Source of the DNA: Chrysemys picta bellii
Lineage: Eukaryota
Length of the DNA stretch: 64,000 bases
Direction: 5' to 3'
Assembly: GCF_011386835.1 (NCBI RefSeq)
Contig: NC_088802.1
Location: 1,426,001-1,490,000 of the forward strand
The position numbers and the translations under genes are program-made. Within the stretch, counting starts at the first letter, position 1. Every line of letters starts with the position of its first letter. The notes beneath the pieces were generated by a model. That model was not told where the DNA came from. It was given only the letters and a program-made list of their open reading frames with translations, and ran no database searches. Below are positions 59,264 to 64,000 of the stretch, piece after piece.

Positions 59264-62200
59264 TCAGGGCCGGCGGGGCTCAAGGCAGGGGGCGGGCGGC
59301 TCCGGCTGCTCTGAGAGGGGGCGGAGCCTGGGGGGGCGGCGGGGCGGGGGGCCCAGGCGGGGGTCGTCCAGCAGGTGGAGCAGGTCGTGGTGGGCGCGGG
59401 AGAGGGCGGCGTCGCGGGGCAGGTGACCCAGCTCGTCCGGGAGCTGCCGGCTCGCCCGGTGCCGGAGCAGGATCCGCGCCACGTCTGCGCTGCCCTCCCG
59501 GGCCGCCAGGAACAGCGGGGTCTGCGCCTACGGGCACAGTGGGGTCAGGACACTGGGTGGGGGCTGGGAGCCAGGACTCCTGGGTTCTCTCCCCGGCTCT
59601 GGGAAGGGAGGGGGGCTGGTGGGTTAGAGCGGGGGGTGGGGAGCCAGGACTCCTGGGTTCTCTCCCTGGCTCTGGGAAGGGAGGGGGGCTGGTGGGTTAG
59701 AGCGGGGGGTGGGGAGCCAGGACTCCTGGGTTCTCTCCCCAGCTCTGGGAGGGGAGTGGGGCCTAGTGGTTAGAGTAGGGGGGGCTGAGAGCCAGGACTC
59801 TGGGGTTCTCCCCTGACTGTGCTAATGGAGGACCCCACCCCCCCAGTCCGGGCCCCGTTACCCGGTTGTCCTGGGCGTCCTTGCTGGCGCCGCTCCGGAG
59901 CAGGGCGAGGGCGGCCCGGGCATTATTCACAGCTGCAGCCCAGTGCAGGGCTGTCTTCCCTGCCAGGCAAGGGGGGGGTGAGACAGCGGAGCCAGGACCC
60001 CCGGCCTGCCCCCCCCCCGCCCCTTCTCTGCGGCCCCCCCCGGCACCCTCCGCCCACAGCCCAGCCCCCCGGCGCCCCCTGCTGGCCCCGTCCCCTCGCC
60101 CGGGCCCCTGGCGCCCCTGCTGACCCCACTTGTCGGCGGCATTGACAGCCGCCCCGCCCCGCAGCAGCTCCTCCGTCCCACTCTCCACCGCCAGGCGCGT
60201 GGCCAGGATCAGGGGGGTGGCGCCGTCGCTCATCCGGGCATCCAGGTCCGTCTGCCGGCAGCGAATCAGGATCTGGGGGGGGGAGGGGTGTGTGCGTGTG
60301 ACATTAGGGTCGGGGCCTCCAGCCCCATTCCCCGCCCCCTACCCCATGGGACATGGGGCATGGCTCTGTGGCGCAGCCATCTTGGATTGTCCCCCATTCC
60401 CCAGCTAGGGCCCACTGGGATCTGCCCCCTGCCCGGAATTTCACACTTGATTTCTGCCCTGGGAACAGGGGGGGGAGTCGTACCAGAGTGGGAGGGCTGC
60501 GGGTTTGGGACTGGGGAGCCGTCTGGGAGGGGGAGGTTAGGGGGTTGTGGCTGGATGCTGCAGAGATCGGGGCGTGGTTTGCACCAGCCATCAGTAGGGC
60601 TCAGAGTGAACAGCCCAACTCGGGGCAGGTGGGGACAGACAGAGTAGCAACATCCAGCTCTCTGCAGGACTAGACAGGGACTTGGGGGACAGATCCCCCA
60701 TTCCTGTCCCCCACCTCCCACCGCCCTGCCCCCGCACCTGGCAGGCCCCCAGGGCATCGGCCCCGATGGCACTGTGCAGGGGGCTGCGCCCCGCCCGGTC
60801 CCGCATGTTGGGGTCGGCACCGGCATCCAGGAGGCTGCGGACGGCGCTGGCCCGGGCGAAGCGGGCGGCCAGGTGCAGGGCTGTCTCCCCCGTCGCGTCC
60901 GTCTGGGCGTCCAGCCGCGCCCCCTGCGCCAGCAGCTCCCCCACGGTGCCCCCCGCGCACACCGCTGCCATCAGCGGCGTCACCCCATCTGCCATGGTGC
61001 GGAGAGACAAGCGTCAGGACGGGGGCGGGACTTCCCCCTTTCCCTGCCTGCCCTGGGGCGGGGCTTCCTGTTTTCCCACTTCCTGTGGGTGGGACTTACC
61101 TCCGTCACCGAATCCCTATAGGGCGGGACTTCCTCTTTTCCCCACCTGCCCTGGGGGGCTTCCTGTTTTCCCACTTCCTGTGGGCAGCACTTCCCCCTCT
61201 CAGCCAACCTCTAGCATGGGACTTCCTCTTGCCATGGGGGGCGGGACTTCCCCTTCCTCTGCAGGCCGGGACTCCCTCCTTTCACTCACTTCCTGCAGGG
61301 CAGGAATTCCCACGTGTAGTGGGCGGAACTTCCTCCTTTCCTCTGGGTGAAACTTCCTGTGGGCAGGACATCACCCTATCATCCCCCCGGGGTGGGACTT
61401 CCCACTTCCTGTGGGCGGGGTTTCCTCCCCACCCTGTACTGGTTCTGTGTATGTTTGAGGATATAGGGAGGGGGGACCCCACCCTGCCCCTCACCTGGCC
61501 CCCTGGTGTCAAGGTCCCGCCCCTCGGGGTCCTCGTCCTGGGGCGGGGTCAACATGATGCATTGTGGGATGGGAGCCCTGGCACGCAGGTGCTTGGGTGT
61601 CCATTGCCGGCAGTCCTGGTCCGAGGGGGGGGTGTCAGCCTGGCAGGAGGAGGATGGGGATTAATGGCCCCCCAAGTGTTATCGCCTCCCCACCAACCCC
61701 TGGCTTTGGGGCTCCCAGCCCCTCCCTCCGGGCAATGCCCCCAACCTCTCAATGGGAAGACGGGTCCCTGCCTGGCCCCCCGGGGCTCCCAGCCCAGTTG
61801 GGGTCACCCCGATACCTCGATTTCCTGAGGGGTCGGCTGCCCGTCGTCCTCCAACTCGGGGTCCAGCTTCAGAGGCCTGGGGGGGAGAAGTGGGGTGAGC
61901 GTCCCAGCCTGGCCCCCCAGGGGGTGCTGGAGGGGGGGGGGGGTCGCTGTGTCACTCACTTCAGCCCGATGGCGTCCTCTCCAACGGGGTCCCGGCGGCG
62001 CCGGGCGTTGGGGTCCCGGGGGCGGGCGAACCCCGTGGGGAGCCAGAGCACCCCCTGTTTCCTCGTCCCCCGGCGGCGCAGCCGGAGCCCGACCACGGCC
62101 CCCAGGGCCAGCGCCAGCCCCCCCGCGAGCAGGCTGCCGAGCAGGGGCCAGGGCAGCCGTGGGGCAGAGGCCTGGGGGTCTGGGGGGGGAGAGGCAGGGG

Positions 62201-64000
62201 GTGAAATTGGGGGCACAGGCTGACCCCCAATGACGGATCCTCCCCCACACCCCTCTTGGGACCCCTTCCCAACCTGGCCCCACTACCCCCCACCACTGCC
62301 TTGACCCCTCCCTGTCCCCCCTGGCCTGCCCCCCCTTGAGTATCCCTACACGATCCCCCCCAGCCTGTGCCCCCCCCACTGCCCTGCCCCCTCCCCAGCC
62401 CCCGCTTACCGCTGCTGGCCTCTTCGACCCACACGGCCGCCAGGGGGTGGGGGGTCAGCGCCCCCAGAGCGTTGGAGGCGGCCAGCGCCCCCAGGAAGCG
62501 CCGGGCGCCCTCGGGGGTTGTCAGGCAGCGCCCGGCGCAGCGGGACCCATCCACCACCAGGAACACGACGGACCTGGGGGGCGGCGCGGGGTCAGGGGCT
62601 GCTGGAAAGGGAGGTTTTGGGGGGCAGGGTCTCTCCCTATGGGGGTGGGGTCCGTGTTGGGACAGGGTGTTGATTGGGGAATCGGGAGTGGGAGGGATTG
62701 GGGGGGTCTCACCCAATGGTGTCCCTCTCCCCCATGGCAGGTCCCCGCAGTTGGCTGGGGATTCAGGGGCTGTGAAGATCGGGGGTGGGGCAATGGGGGA
62801 TTTGGAAGGTCGAAGGGATTTGGGGGGTCAGGGGGTGTGGATTTTGGGGTGCAGGAATGCAGGATTTGGGGGTCAGGGGATGGGGGATTTGGAAGGTCAG
62901 GGTGTGTGGATATTGGGGTGTGGGAATGCGGGATTTGGGGGTTCAGGGGAGTCTCACTCACCCGATGGCGTCTGTCTCCCCCTCCTGGCCGGCTGCGGTG
63001 GGCGCAGGGTGCGGGGCAGGGCGGGGGGGCCTCCGGCCGGTGCGGTTCCCCCCGCCTGGCCCCTCGCGCCCCGTGTAGGGGTACAGCCTGGGCCGGCCCT
63101 GGGGGTCGCGCCGGGGGCTCAGCCCCACGCGCAGGGCCAGCGCCAGGGCGTGGAGAAGGCCGGGCAGGGCCGGGGGGGGCAGGGCAGCCGCCAGCCCCAG
63201 GGTGGCCCCCTCCCCCGCCGGCCCGGCCCCTCCCAGGGTGCAGTCCCCCCCGTCCCAGCCGCACTCGGGGGTCAGGCAGCCCCGGTCGCAGTGTCCGTTG
63301 GCAAAGTGGTCGTGGCAGTAGCGGGCGTAGGCCAGGCTGGTGGCAGAGACACGGGTTGGGGGTACCCTGCAGAGCTCCCCGGACCCACCCCCCACAGCCC
63401 CCCCGGGTCCCCCAGATTCCCCCAATCCACCCCCCACAGAGCCCCCCAGGATGTGCCCCCGGTCACACCTGGAGACACCCCCTGAACCCCCAATCCCTCT
63501 CAGCCCCCAATGTTCCCTCGCCTGGCAGCCCCCCAGATGCACCCACTCCCCATCCCCCCGATGAGACCCCCCCCCATCGCAGACCCCATCCCCCCACCCC
63601 AGCAGCGAGTCCGAGCTCAAAGCCGGCCCCGTTCCCCGCCCCAGCCCGGCCCGGCGCCCCCCGAGGCCCCTCACCTGCAGCTGGCCGGGCGGCAGTCGTA
63701 CCCATCATACAGACAGGCCTCGCTGTCGCACTGGGGCTGGCAGCGCCCGTCGCGGAAGCCCGGCTGGCACAGCTCCGGGCACCCCGCCCAGGGCTCCAGC
63801 ACCCCCAGCGAGCAGTCACCCCCGTCCCAGGCGCTGGAGGGGGAGCTGCAGGCCGGGTGGCAGATGCCATCCCCCGCCAGCTCCCCGCAGGGCCCCCCCG
63901 CCCCAGGCTGGGGGCAGGCCGAGCCGCCGGGGGGGCAGGGCGCCGGGGGGCGGGCCTGGAGGCAATCGGGGCCCCCGTAGCCTCCCGGGCAGAGGCAGCG
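59264..64000 (-). CDS. NOTCH4: NOTCH4, 3' ten exons (last EGF, LNR, HD, TM, RAM, ankyrin repeats, short tail); 5' part off the window
   Basis: Exons 63675->64000, 62962-63336, 62410-62573, 61960-62179, 61816-61876, 61495-61639, 60738-60988, 60125-60272, 59862-59959, 59264-59527 with all phases compatible. LNR WDGGDC motifs (LNR-A lacks one Cys pair, as in mammalian NOTCH4), RAM LWLP, ankyrin [31 protein letters not shown]. Confidence 0.95.
61020..61430. promoter_or_regulatory. Candidate intronic enhancer with RBPJ, ETS and kB motifs
   Basis: TTCCCAC x4, ACTTCCTG x5, GGGACTTCCC x3, CACGTG x1 within a 506-nt intron. Confidence 0.5.

Overview
Vertebrate genomic DNA, most likely turtle (inferred from the CR1 LINE 3' tails and MITE family), from the GC-rich MHC class III core. 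It contains AGPAT1, RNF5, PBX2, GPSM3 and the 3' part of NOTCH4. Two 500-N gaps (22507-23006, 50228-50727) split the window into three contigs. Bases 1-18430 and 23007-42018 are reverse-complement copies (RNF5, PBX2 exons 5-9, CR1), and PBX2 exon 1 recurs at 50870-51002. The simplest reading is an uncollapsed second haplotype plus a mis-oriented middle contig; flipping 23007-50227 restores the mammalian order AGPAT1-RNF5-PBX2-GPSM3-NOTCH4. The left PBX2 (9 exons, 400 aa), AGPAT1 (6 coding exons, 274 aa) and ten NOTCH4 exons splice in frame. Both RNF5 copies, the second PBX2 and GPSM3 carry single-base frame breaks, mostly in G/C runs. The most unusual signal is in the introns: three PBX2 introns contain tandem arrays built from the gene's own splice junctions. 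These are a 27-40 copy array of polypyrimidine-CAG|GTAACT units resembling recursive splice sites, three 50-nt exon-4-derived poison mini-exons, and an exon-7 donor array. Other highlights: a four-GoLoco GPSM3 inverted relative to human, a NOTCH4 tail lacking the LTPSPE degron, and dense motif clusters (RBPJ/ETS/kB in a NOTCH4 intron, TGACATCA x9, TALE-CCAAT composites, RFX X-boxes). Coordinates were read by hand; no alignments or database searches were run.
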